A stretch of DNA of 62,094 bases, the filler included, from Anaerolineae bacterium (GTDB taxonomy: Bacteria > Chloroflexota > Anaerolineae > Epilineales > Epilineaceae): the NCBI GenBank assembly GCA_029262755.1. It is 6 parts of 6 records of this genome, joined end to end, with 100 filler letters (N's around TTAATTAATTAA, not from the genome) between each part and the next. Parts side by side here need not be neighbours in the genome. Positions count along the whole stretch, not along the records: positions 18,680 to 31,960 come from JAJCYU010000259.1; 5 more parts are not named here. The stretch is one strand, 5' to 3'. Made by a program: the position numbers and the translations under genes. Positions 20,231 to 28,433 of the stretch are shown in pieces; within the stretch, counting starts at the first letter, position 1; every line of letters starts with the position of its first letter. Below the pieces are notes generated by a model that saw nothing but the letters and a program-made list of their open reading frames with translations, had not been told where the DNA came from and did no database searches.

Positions 20231-21064
20231 TTACGCCGACGCCGCGGCCGGCTCGGGCTCGCCTTCACCCTCGCTCACCGGCACATACTGGATCAACGCG
20301 ACGTTCGCACCACCTGCGTCGCCGACGACGGCGAAACGCCCGACGTTGGGCACGTCGTTGATCGGAACGCGCACCTGGCCGCCATTCTCCATCGCGGCGG
20401 CGAACGCCGCATCGATGTCAGCCACGGTCAGGTACGGCGTCCAGTTGGGCGGAATACCCTCCCACTCGGGGCCGTCCATCGCCATCATGCCCGCAAAGCT
20501 ATTGTCGCCAAGCTTGTAGCTGGTGTAGTCGAAGCCGCCCATGTCCACCGTATCGGAATCCCAGCCGAAGACGCTGCCATAGAAGGCCTTGGCGGCCGCC
20601 GTGTCCGTCGTGGCCAGCTCCAGCCAACCGAAGCCGCCCGGTTGGAACCCGTTGCGCGCCATGCCGGGGTGGCCGAGGGGATGGAAGAGACCGAACGTGG
20701 CGCCCTGCGGATCCTGCGCGACGGCCATGCGGCAGATGCCGGGAATGTCCATCACATCGGCGGCGACCGTACCGCCACCCGCCTTGACCGCCTCCACAGC
20801 AGCATCCACGTCGTCGACGTAGATGTAGGCCAGCCAATGGGGCGGCACTCCCTCGAAATGGTCGCCGACCATGGCATAGCAGCCGCCGATCTGCTTCCCA
20901 TCGGACATCAGGGTCGTGTACTTCTCGTCACCTTCGCCGGGCATCGGGTCATCCCGATGCTCGATGCCGGCGACGGCCTTGTAGAAAGCCTTGCTGCCGG
21001 GCACGTCTCGGGTGCCGAGCTCGAGCCAGCAAAACTCGCCATGGCTGTAGTTGGGGTTGGACAT
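20231..21064 (-). CDS. Two-domain VOC (glyoxalase/bleomycin-resistance fold) protein
   Basis: Duplicated W.EL.T.D...AKAFY..V.G, W..Y..V.D.DAA and GG.V...D.P...R.AV..D..GA motifs; AAGGAG RBS. Confidence 0.9.
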   Translation of the reverse strand: MSNPNYSHGEFCWLELGTRDVPGSKAFYKAVAGIEHRDDPMPGEGDEKYTTLMSDGKQIGGCYAMVGDHFEGVPPHWLAYIYVDDVDAAVEAVKAGGGTVAADVMDIPGICRMAVAQDPQGATFGLFHPLGHPGMARNGFQPGGFGWLELATTDTAAAKAFYGSVFGWDSDTVDMGGFDYTSYKLGDNSFAGMMAMDGPEWEGIPPNWTPYLTVADIDAAFAAAMENGGQVRVPINDVPNVGRFAVVGDAGGANVALIQYVPVSEGEGEPEPAAASA

Positions 21065-21164
21065 TGGGCAACTCCTTGCAAGGGGTAGATCCGCGAGGCA
21101 CGGATCGGCGAAATGGGAAGACCGAAGGGCCCGCCCACGCACGTGGACGCCGCACAACGCGCAC

Positions 21165-21194
21165 AGTGTAGAACAAACGTTCTGACGCTGTCAA
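21165..21194 (-). promoter_or_regulatory. sigma70 promoter with perfect LexA box upstream of the VOC gene
   Basis: Minus strand TTGACA-N18-TACACT; AGAAC-AAAC-GTTCT at 21170-21183. Confidence 0.8.
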
Positions 21195-21340
21195 GAGCTC
21201 GATCTCTCGACCTCAAGATACCGGCGACAGGAGTCACGACGGACACCAGGCGATTCAGGTTCAACTAGGATTCCTACCGGATCGTGAAAGGCATGCGGCG
21301 CACGTAGGTGGACCGCCGAACGAAGCGCCCATCCGGCACC

Positions 21341-21379
21341 AAAAAGCGAAGGGACCGGACGAATCGTCCGGTCCCTTCG
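21341..21379 (-). terminator. Intrinsic terminator of the Cys-repeat gene
   Basis: 15-bp perfect stem cgaagggaccggacg-aat-cgtccggtcccttcg, followed by a T5 run on the minus strand. Confidence 0.85.
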
Positions 21380-21426
21380 TGTGGCCGCCGCCTTGCGGGA
21401 CGGCGGCATCCAGCCCCTACGACGCG

Positions 21427-22218
21427 CTACGGCTGCGGGCGCGGCGAAGGCGGCTCCGGGCGCTCCGGCGGGCGGTTGCCCGTGCCGCCGCCAGCTCGTT
21501 CACAGCGCTCAAGACACTTCTCGAGTGCTGCGGCGGCGCGGTCGCGACACTTCTGCTCGTCGCCACCGTTCGCCACGCAGCGACGCGCGGCTTCGGCTGC
21601 CTTCTCTCGGCAGTTTTCCTCGCACGAGGGGCGATCGTCCCGATCGCAGCGCTCAAGGCAGCGCTCGAGCAACACCGCGGCACGCGCGCGGCACTTCTCG
21701 GGATCGCCACCGTTCGCCGCGCAACGCTCCGCGGCCTTGGCAGCGGCCTTCTTGCAGCGCTCTTCACAGCGCTCGCCCGGAGCGGGACGATCGCCGGGCA
21801 CGGGACGCACGTCACCGCGCTCACACGAATCCTTGCAGCGCTCCAGAGCCTTCGCGGCACGGGCGCGACACTCCGCCGGGTCATGGCCGGCGGCCTCGCA
21901 GCGCTCTGCGGCCTTGGCTGCCTTCTCCTCACACTTCTCTGCACACGTCGGGCGCTCGTCACCGCGCTCGCAGGTGCGCAGGCACTTTTCCTTCATGTCG
22001 GCCGCGGCCGAGCGACAGCGCTCTTCCGAGTCCGGATGATCCGCGATGCACGTGGCCAGCCAACTCGCGACGCGCTCCGAGCAGCGCTCCTCACAGCCGG
22101 GACGATCGGGCGGCTCATCCTGCGCGAGCGCAGAGGGAACGGCCATGACGGCGCCCAACACAACGGCGATCGCCAACGCCAACGGAATGGTCAGGAATCG
22201 AATGCGATCAAGCTTCAT
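21427..22218 (-). CDS. Secreted protein with four 6-Cys helical repeats, function unknown
   Basis: AAGGAG upstream, signal peptide ending ALA-Q, 24 regularly spaced Cys, own terminator. Confidence 0.85.
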   Translation of the reverse strand: MKLDRIRFLTIPLALAIAVVLGAVMAVPSALAQDEPPDRPGCEERCSERVASWLATCIADHPDSEERCRSAAADMKEKCLRTCERGDERPTCAEKCEEKAAKAAERCEAAGHDPAECRARAAKALERCKDSCERGDVRPVPGDRPAPGERCEERCKKAAAKAAERCAANGGDPEKCRARAAVLLERCLERCDRDDRPSCEENCREKAAEAARRCVANGGDEQKCRDRAAAALEKCLERCERAGGGTGNRPPERPEPPSPRPQP

Positions 22219-22444
22219 AAGGGGAATATTCTCCTTGTCAAAGACGCGCGGCGCGCGACCAGGTTAAGGTGGCGCCACGCGCGGCGCCGGATACGCTGGA
22301 ATAGACGTCCACTGCCTCTGGGTCGATACGACTCGCTTCCGAGATTCCATCCGCCCAGAAGAACGCCTTCTCAGACCGTACAACGCCCCACACCATGAGT
22401 AGGATAGAAGCCTCGAATCCGATGAGAATTGGCTGAGCAAGGCC

Positions 22445-22472
22445 GTATCTCTGTGCCGTTCACAGACGTTAT
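22445..22472 (+). promoter_or_regulatory. Putative ECF-sigma promoter upstream of the P-domain protein
   Basis: (CC)GTATC-N17-CGTTAT; one mismatch to the 16460 motif. Confidence 0.4.
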
Positions 22473-22664
22473 TACTACCGGTCGCTCCTCCCAGGGGGGA
22501 GAGGCTACCTGTAAGACAAACATTCGCAGTGAAACGATGCTGTGAGACGTAGCGGCAACAACGAGACCGGAGCAACCGCTTCATTGGTGCTCGATTCCAC
22601 CGAGCACCGGCGGCGAAGGGGCGCGATTTCGCCCGCCGTCATACGAAGATCTAGGGGACCAATC

Positions 22665-25600
22665 ATGACCCTGCTTACGCAGCATCCTCGATCCCAAGGC
22701 GCCGCCACGCGGCTGCTCATCGCGGCCATCGCGATGATCGGCCTCACGGTAGCGGCCACAACGACGGCATTTGCCCAAGCGCAGAGTTATCCCTGCGCCA
22801 ACTGCCCGCAGCTCATTCCGGCGGTGGGCACCTCTGGCCTCATGACCCCCGCTGAATTCAACGTGTCCTGCCCGACGGTGTCGGACGTCGTGATCGATAT
22901 CGACGCCACCCACACCTGGGCCAGCGACATGGAAGTCTTCTTGGAGAGCCCGGCCGGCACAATCGTCCAGCTTTGGACGAACGTCGGCGGCTCCGGAGAC
23001 GATTTCGACGTGCTCATCGCCGACTCGGCTGCCTCGAACCTCTCCTCGGTTACGTGCCCGACCGCCCCGTGTATCGGCGGCTTCCGGCCGGAGTTGTTCG
23101 GCACGGGCACCACGCCGGACGCGCCGGGCAACGCCATCGCGATGAGCGCCTTCGACGGCCAGAACGGTAACGGCACCTGGATGCTGCGCATCGAGGACAT
23201 CGCCGGGGGCGATTCCGGTGAGCTGATCGACGCAAACATGCGCCTTGAATGCCTCGCGGCAGGTGGGGCGGATGTGGAGATCGGCAACCCCACCGTCTCC
23301 GACGCACCGGCGCGCGGCCCCGCGGGCGAAGAGTGCTACGCCGCGGGCGACGTGCTTGTCGTCACGCAGAGCTTCGGCAATACGGGCCCGAACGCGGTCG
23401 GCCCTCAGCCGGACAACCCCGGTCCTGAATTCGAGGCGGCTCTGCCGCCGGGTGTAAGTTCGAGCGGCGAGTGTCGCGTCACGGCTGGGGGCGGCAGTTG
23501 CACGGTCGCCGGTGGTCGTGTCGAGTGGAACGGCATGATCCCGGTCGGCGAGACGATCACGATCGAATACTCGGTTCGGATTCTTGGCGGCACCAAACTC
23601 GACACGGAGATGTGCTTCATCGGTACGGTGCGCTTCCAGCCCGCAGGCGCGATGGGCAATACGAGTTCGCGCACGAGCGAAGAGGTCTGCATCACGGCCG
23701 GCTGTGAGCCGATCATCGATCCGAACAGTCAGATCGGTGCGCAGGTGCATTTGCCTATCTTGAACTTCCTCGGCCAGGACGACGTCTGCGAGACCTGGAT
23801 CGAAGTGCAGAACATCGGTTGTGATTTCGCCAAGGCGGCCCTGATCACCTGGGGCGAGCCGGGCTTCTGCCCGCCGCAGGCCGCGGGCCCCTTGAAGGTG
23901 GAGTGCACGGGCATGCTCAAGCCCGGAAGCACATGGAACCTGCTCGGCGCGCAGGTGCCGACCGGTTCCAAGAGCGGCATCCTCTTCAAGTTCACAACCA
24001 AGCAACTCTCGGACATCGGCATCGACCTCGGCTTCGACGACATCGTCGGCGACTACCTGTGCGAGACGCTGTTCTTCGGCGTCGTTGGTGACGCAGACGA
24101 CTATCGCCGCTTCAAGAAAGCCTACAACGAAGGTCTCGAGTTCGCCGGTGTGCCGCTCGATCTGGCCACGGGAGACGGCGCGCTTGCCGTCGACGTGCAC
24201 CGCACCTGCCCGGGCGATGTAACCCCGGGCGTCGAGGTCACGAGCAAGTACAACGGCATCGCCGGCTCGCACCTAGGCGTCTTCGACGACGTCTTCGGCG
24301 GCTACGGCTTCTACGTGCCATTGGTGTACGCGGACGCCTCCGGCTTTGAAAGCATCCTCTACATTCAGAACGGTGGCCTGCAGTGTTCGTCCATCGAGGT
24401 CTGGTTCCAAGAGCAGGATGCGTGTCTGCGTGCGAGCATCTGCGAGATCCTGACCCTGGCGCCGGGTGAGAGCTACCAGCTTTCGGCCAGCGATTGTGTG
24501 GGTCCGGACTTCCAGGGTTCGGCGTGGCTGCGCTCCAGCCAGGTGATGGGCATCGCGGTGGACATCATCGGCCGCGACGTGCTGATGACCTACGTCGCCG
24601 AGCCGGCTGAGATCAACTACACCTATGATCCCGTGCAGGCCACGTACACCTCGGGTAACCAGGTGGCCTTCGGGCCGCTGATCTATAGCGAGTACCAGGG
24701 CTGGGACTCCGGTGTGCAGGTGCAGAACCTGAGCGCCGTCACGGCCGCCAAGGTGAAGGTCTACTTCCTCGATCGTAGCGGCGACATTATCACGACGCTG
24801 ATCGACTGGGTTTGCCCGCGTGGCAGCCAGACCTTCTTCCTACCAGTCATCTTCGATCTGCCCGGCAACTGGGTGGGCAGCGTCCGCGTCGAGAGCCAGG
24901 AATGGTTCACGCCGGGCAACCCGCTGGTCCTTTCGCCGAACATCGTGGGTATCGCGACGCTCTTGAAGTACGACGACGCGGCGCGCACGAACACGATCGA
25001 GGCCCTCGCCTACAACCTCCTGCCCGAGCACAAGATCTACGACTGGCAGATCGGCTCACGTACCGGTGGTGACTTCGAAGCGGGTGTCGGCCTCATCGCC
25101 CTGCCGAGCTTGCTGCGCGACGTGAACCAGCTGGGCCTGACCAGCGAAGTGGCGATTGCGAACGTGGTGCCGAAGCCCGGCTTCACGGACTTCGCGGTGT
25201 ACATCTACGACCAGAACGGCCTGCTCGACTTCTTCTGCCAGAAGCTCAACGATCGCCAGGTCGAGTACATCGATCTCGCGACGTGGGGCTACGTCAACCC
25301 GGGCTTCAAGGGTTCAGCGATCATCAGCGCCTGGTTCTGGGAGCATGACGTCTTCGACGACACGGGCTTCTTCATGCGCAACTTGGTCGGCCTGGGCGCC
25401 GTCTCCATCGAGCGCAAGGGCCGCCGCAGCTACGAAGAGGACATCCCGGGCGATGAGGCAGCCGGTTCACGCGGCATCCCCTTCGCGTCGACCTTCGATG
25501 ACGACGGCGATCCGGTCTTCGAGTTCTGCTTCATGGGCTATGTGCCGCTCTGCCCAGGCTTCGACGACCTTCGACCCGATCCGGCGGATTGTCCCGCGGT

Positions 25601-26051
25601 GGTTACGGCCGCGTGCGACAACTGTCCGCTGCCGATTCCGGCAACGGGCACGGCCGGCATGATGGACACGGCGATCGCAACGATTGGCATCACGGCCAAC
25701 TGCGAGGTCGTGGATGTCGACGTCACGCTCGATCTCAACCACACGTGGAATGCGGACCTTGAGGTCGACCTGACAAGCCCCGAAGGCACGCTAAGCCGGA
25801 TGTTCGATGGGATTTGCGGCGCAAGCGACAACATCATGACCGTTCTCGACGACGACGCGGCGGCACCGATCGGCAGCGTGTGCCCGCCGGTGGGCTTCCA
25901 GAGCTACACGACGGAGTCAGGAATCGGCTTGGACATCTTTGACGGCGAGCTGGTCGGCGGCGAGTGGCTGTTGGACATCAACGACACAGCCGGCGGCGAC
26001 CAGGGTACGCTCAACAACTTCATCATCACCGCCGAGGTCCGCGCCCGCTAA
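22665..26051 (+). CDS. Large secreted protein with two proprotein-convertase P-domains flanking repeated beta-rich modules
   Basis: Signal peptide ending AFA-Q. HTW.(S/A)D(M/L)EV.L.SP.GT...FDG(Q/E)...G.W.L.I.D.AGGD.G occurs at both ends. No S8 catalytic motifs seen. Confidence 0.8.
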   Translation: MTLLTQHPRSQGAATRLLIAAIAMIGLTVAATTTAFAQAQSYPCANCPQLIPAVGTSGLMTPAEFNVSCPTVSDVVIDIDATHTWASDMEVFLESPAGTIVQLWTNVGGSGDDFDVLIADSAASNLSSVTCPTAPCIGGFRPELFGTGTTPDAPGNAIAMSAFDGQNGNGTWMLRIEDIAGGDSGELIDANMRLECLAAGGADVEIGNPTVSDAPARGPAGEECYAAGDVLVVTQSFGNTGPNAVGPQPDNPGPEFEAALPPGVSSSGECRVTAGGGSCTVAGGRVEWNGMIPVGETITIEYSVRILGGTKLDTEMCFIGTVRFQPAGAMGNTSSRTSEEVCITAGCEPIIDPNSQIGAQVHLPILNFLGQDDVCETWIEVQNIGCDFAKAALITWGEPGFCPPQAAGPLKVECTGMLKPGSTWNLLGAQVPTGSKSGILFKFTTKQLSDIGIDLGFDDIVGDYLCETLFFGVVGDADDYRRFKKAYNEGLEFAGVPLDLATGDGALAVDVHRTCPGDVTPGVEVTSKYNGIAGSHLGVFDDVFGGYGFYVPLVYADASGFESILYIQNGGLQCSSIEVWFQEQDACLRASICEILTLAPGESYQLSASDCVGPDFQGSAWLRSSQVMGIAVDIIGRDVLMTYVAEPAEINYTYDPVQATYTSGNQVAFGPLIYSEYQGWDSGVQVQNLSAVTAAKVKVYFLDRSGDIITTLIDWVCPRGSQTFFLPVIFDLPGNWVGSVRVESQEWFTPGNPLVLSPNIVGIATLLKYDDAARTNTIEALAYNLLPEHKIYDWQIGSRTGGDFEAGVGLIALPSLLRDVNQLGLTSEVAIANVVPKPGFTDFAVYIYDQNGLLDFFCQKLNDRQVEYIDLATWGYVNPGFKGSAIISAWFWEHDVFDDTGFFMRNLVGLGAVSIERKGRRSYEEDIPGDEAAGSRGIPFASTFDDDGDPVFEFCFMGYVPLCPGFDDLRPDPADCPAVVTAACDNCPLPIPATGTAGMMDTAIATIGITANCEVVDVDVTLDLNHTWNADLEVDLTSPEGTLSRMFDGICGASDNIMTVLDDDAAAPIGSVCPPVGFQSYTTESGIGLDIFDGELVGGEWLLDINDTAGGDQGTLNNFIITAEVRAR

Positions 26052-26072
26052 GGCGACCGGACACGAACCTTG

Positions 26073-26106
26073 ACGAAGGCCCCGGCCCACGCGCCGGGGC
26101 CTTCGT
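26073..26106 (+). terminator. Hairpin after the P-domain gene
   Basis: acgaaggccccggc-6nt-gccggggccttcgt. Confidence 0.75.
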
Positions 26107-26161
26107 GCGTCTATCGCCCGATGTGCTAGAGCCGCCGCCACGCTCCGGGGTACGAATAGCC

Positions 26162-26950
26162 ATGCGCCGCGCAGCACGCGAAGCGCTCACGTGGGCCGCC
26201 TATTCGCGCCGCGGAGCGCACTCGCACGGCACCGTGCTGATCGTGGGGCACATGCGGGCCGGAACCAGCGTCACCGCCCACCTACTGTGCTCGAATCCAC
26301 GCATAACCGGCTGGGGGGAGCGCAACCGGCCGATCACCGGCCCGCACGATCTGGCGCGGCTCGCGGCCGATGTCGCGTGGCGCTCGCGCGACCCACGCAT
26401 CGTCTTGCCACCACCAATCGGCCCACGGTGGGTGCTGGACGTGCTCAACCACGACCATCTTGCCCCACAACACGGCGTCTTTCGCCGGCGGGGCGTGCGC
26501 ACCTTGTTGGTACTTCGGCGCCCTGAGCCTACCTTGGCAAGCATGCACGCGTACCTTGGCCGGCACTACGGCTGGAGCGCCCTACGCTGCGCTCAGTACC
26601 TGCTGGTCCGTCTCCGTACCATGACCTCGATCGCACGCTCCGTACGCGCGGACGGGGACGACGCCGGCCGTCTAGTACGCTTTGAGGACCTCGAAACCGA
26701 GCCGAGTGCGGCGCTAGCCCCGCTCGGACCCTGGCTGGAGATTCGAGGAACGTGGGACGGAGGCTATCTGAGGCAGACGTGGACCGGCGAATTCGGCGAC
26801 CGCTCGCCCTCGATTTTTGCTGGACGGGTTCTCGGCGCGCGGGAACGTGGCGCGGACGCTCGACAATTGCCGGAGATCCCAGACGATCTTTGGAGCGCGC
26901 TGCGCGAGGCCCACGCAGCCTGTGAGGCGGTGATGGGGCGCGGGCCGTAG
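26162..26950 (+). CDS. Sulfotransferase-family protein
   Basis: 5'-PSB-like IVGHMRAGTS, 3'-PB-like LRRPEPTLAS, and VRFEDL...P motif. Confidence 0.65.
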   Translation: MRRAAREALTWAAYSRRGAHSHGTVLIVGHMRAGTSVTAHLLCSNPRITGWGERNRPITGPHDLARLAADVAWRSRDPRIVLPPPIGPRWVLDVLNHDHLAPQHGVFRRRGVRTLLVLRRPEPTLASMHAYLGRHYGWSALRCAQYLLVRLRTMTSIARSVRADGDDAGRLVRFEDLETEPSAALAPLGPWLEIRGTWDGGYLRQTWTGEFGDRSPSIFAGRVLGARERGADARQLPEIPDDLWSALREAHAACEAVMGRGP

Positions 26951-27138
26951 TTCGGGCGTGGTTCACTATTCGATGATCGCTACCCTGTTTTTCGGCCTAC
27001 TTTATGGTGATCGATAACAGGACGTGTTTCAAGTGCTCGCGCGAACCGTCGCACAGAAATGATCCACGAGACCCAGGCTGCCGCTACAGGTCTGCGGCAA
27101 CGATTGTCGGCGCCGTCGCCGGCCTACAGTGCCTCGCC

Positions 27139-28053
27139 CTAAAAGATCCGTTGGCCGAGCAGCGACGCAACGAGATCGACGGCCAACTCTGCCGTGCGGT
27201 TGTGCGTGTCCAAGATCGGGTTGATCTCGACCAGATCAAGCGAGCGGACCTTCCCGCTATCAGACAAGATCTCCATGAGCAGATGGGCCTCGCGGTAAGT
27301 CAATCCTCCCGGCACGGGAGTACCGACGCCGGGGGCATCGTCGGGGTCCAGGCTATCCATGTCCAGGCTGACGTGAATACGGTCCACGTGGCGCATCCGG
27401 TCCAGTGCTTGGCGCGCTACGTGCGCAATGCCCATCTCATCCACGTGGCGCATCGTGAAGACGTCGATCGCGCTCTCGGACAGGCGGATGCGCTCCGCTG
27501 CGTCCAGATCACGGATGCCGACCTGAACGATGTCCGAGGGTTGGAGCTTGGCCCCCGGACTGCCGATATCGACCAGTGCGGCGGGACCATCTCCAACCAA
27601 CACGGCAACCGGCATTCCATGCACGTTGCCGCTCGGCGATGTCGCGGGTGTATTGAAATCGCCATGGGCGTCGATCCAGATCATCCCGACGCGTTGCCCG
27701 GTGCACGCCAGTGCCGAAACCGTGCCGATGCTCATCGAATGGTCACCGCCGAGAAAGAGCGCGAAATCGCCGGCCTCGACGCAGCCACGCGCTTGGTCGT
27801 ACACGGCCTGACACACCCGCGCGACCGGGCCAAGGCGCCGCGCTCCTTCCCCTCCCTCGGCGTCCTCGATGTCTTGCTCCGGCGCAGGCACGTGCAGGTT
27901 TCCCTCGTCACGAACCACGTGGCCGAGTCGAGCCAGCCGAGACTGGAGACCGGCGTAGCGAACGGCGCTAGGCCCCATGTCCACGCCACGACGGCTCTGG
28001 CCAAGGTCCATGGGCACCCCGATGACACGGATTGTCAGCGGCTCCACATGCAC
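27139..28053 (-). CDS. rocF: Arginase
   Basis: [55 protein letters not shown]. Confidence 0.95.
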   Translation of the reverse strand: MHVEPLTIRVIGVPMDLGQSRRGVDMGPSAVRYAGLQSRLARLGHVVRDEGNLHVPAPEQDIEDAEGGEGARRLGPVARVCQAVYDQARGCVEAGDFALFLGGDHSMSIGTVSALACTGQRVGMIWIDAHGDFNTPATSPSGNVHGMPVAVLVGDGPAALVDIGSPGAKLQPSDIVQVGIRDLDAAERIRLSESAIDVFTMRHVDEMGIAHVARQALDRMRHVDRIHVSLDMDSLDPDDAPGVGTPVPGGLTYREAHLLMEILSDSGKVRSLDLVEINPILDTHNRTAELAVDLVASLLGQRIF

Positions 28054-28080
28054 TCTCCAATTTGATGGGTGCGGCGCGCC

Positions 28081-28272
28081 CTACGCCGTCTCAAGCTCGA
28101 TCAAGTTCGCCTGCAATTCCGTGCGGATCACGACGCCCAAAGGTAAGCGCCGAAAAACCGCCTCCCCTTCGACGACGGGCAAGCCTCCGACGTGATGTTG
28201 CCATATCAGGCCAGCCGCCGCGGCCATCCTCGAATCCGGAGCGACGGACACGAAGTCGGCCATCGTTGCCAA
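28081..28272 (-). CDS. Single CBS-domain-like small ORF, possibly a remnant
   Basis: VSVAPDS...AAGLIWQHHVGGLPVVEG...LGVV.RTEL resembles one CBS motif. Confidence 0.45.
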   Translation of the reverse strand: MATMADFVSVAPDSRMAAAAGLIWQHHVGGLPVVEGEAVFRRLPLGVVIRTELQANLIELETA

Positions 28273-28433
28273 CGCTAGCGTGATGCGCCTCCGGGCGTCA
28301 ACCGGTAGGTGGGGCGCCGCACGAACGTGTAGCGCGGGACCGGAGTCCAGACGGTAAGCGCGGCGCCGGTTCGTGTCCGGGATGTTCAGCGACCGTCAGC
28401 CGCGTCGGTAGCGCCTGGCGCTCACGGCTTCGG

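Noticed and set aside
22510..22580. c-di-GMP-I riboswitch in the leader of the P-domain gene
   Set aside because: Only superficial CAAAC/GAAA similarity; I could not build the P2 and P3 stems.
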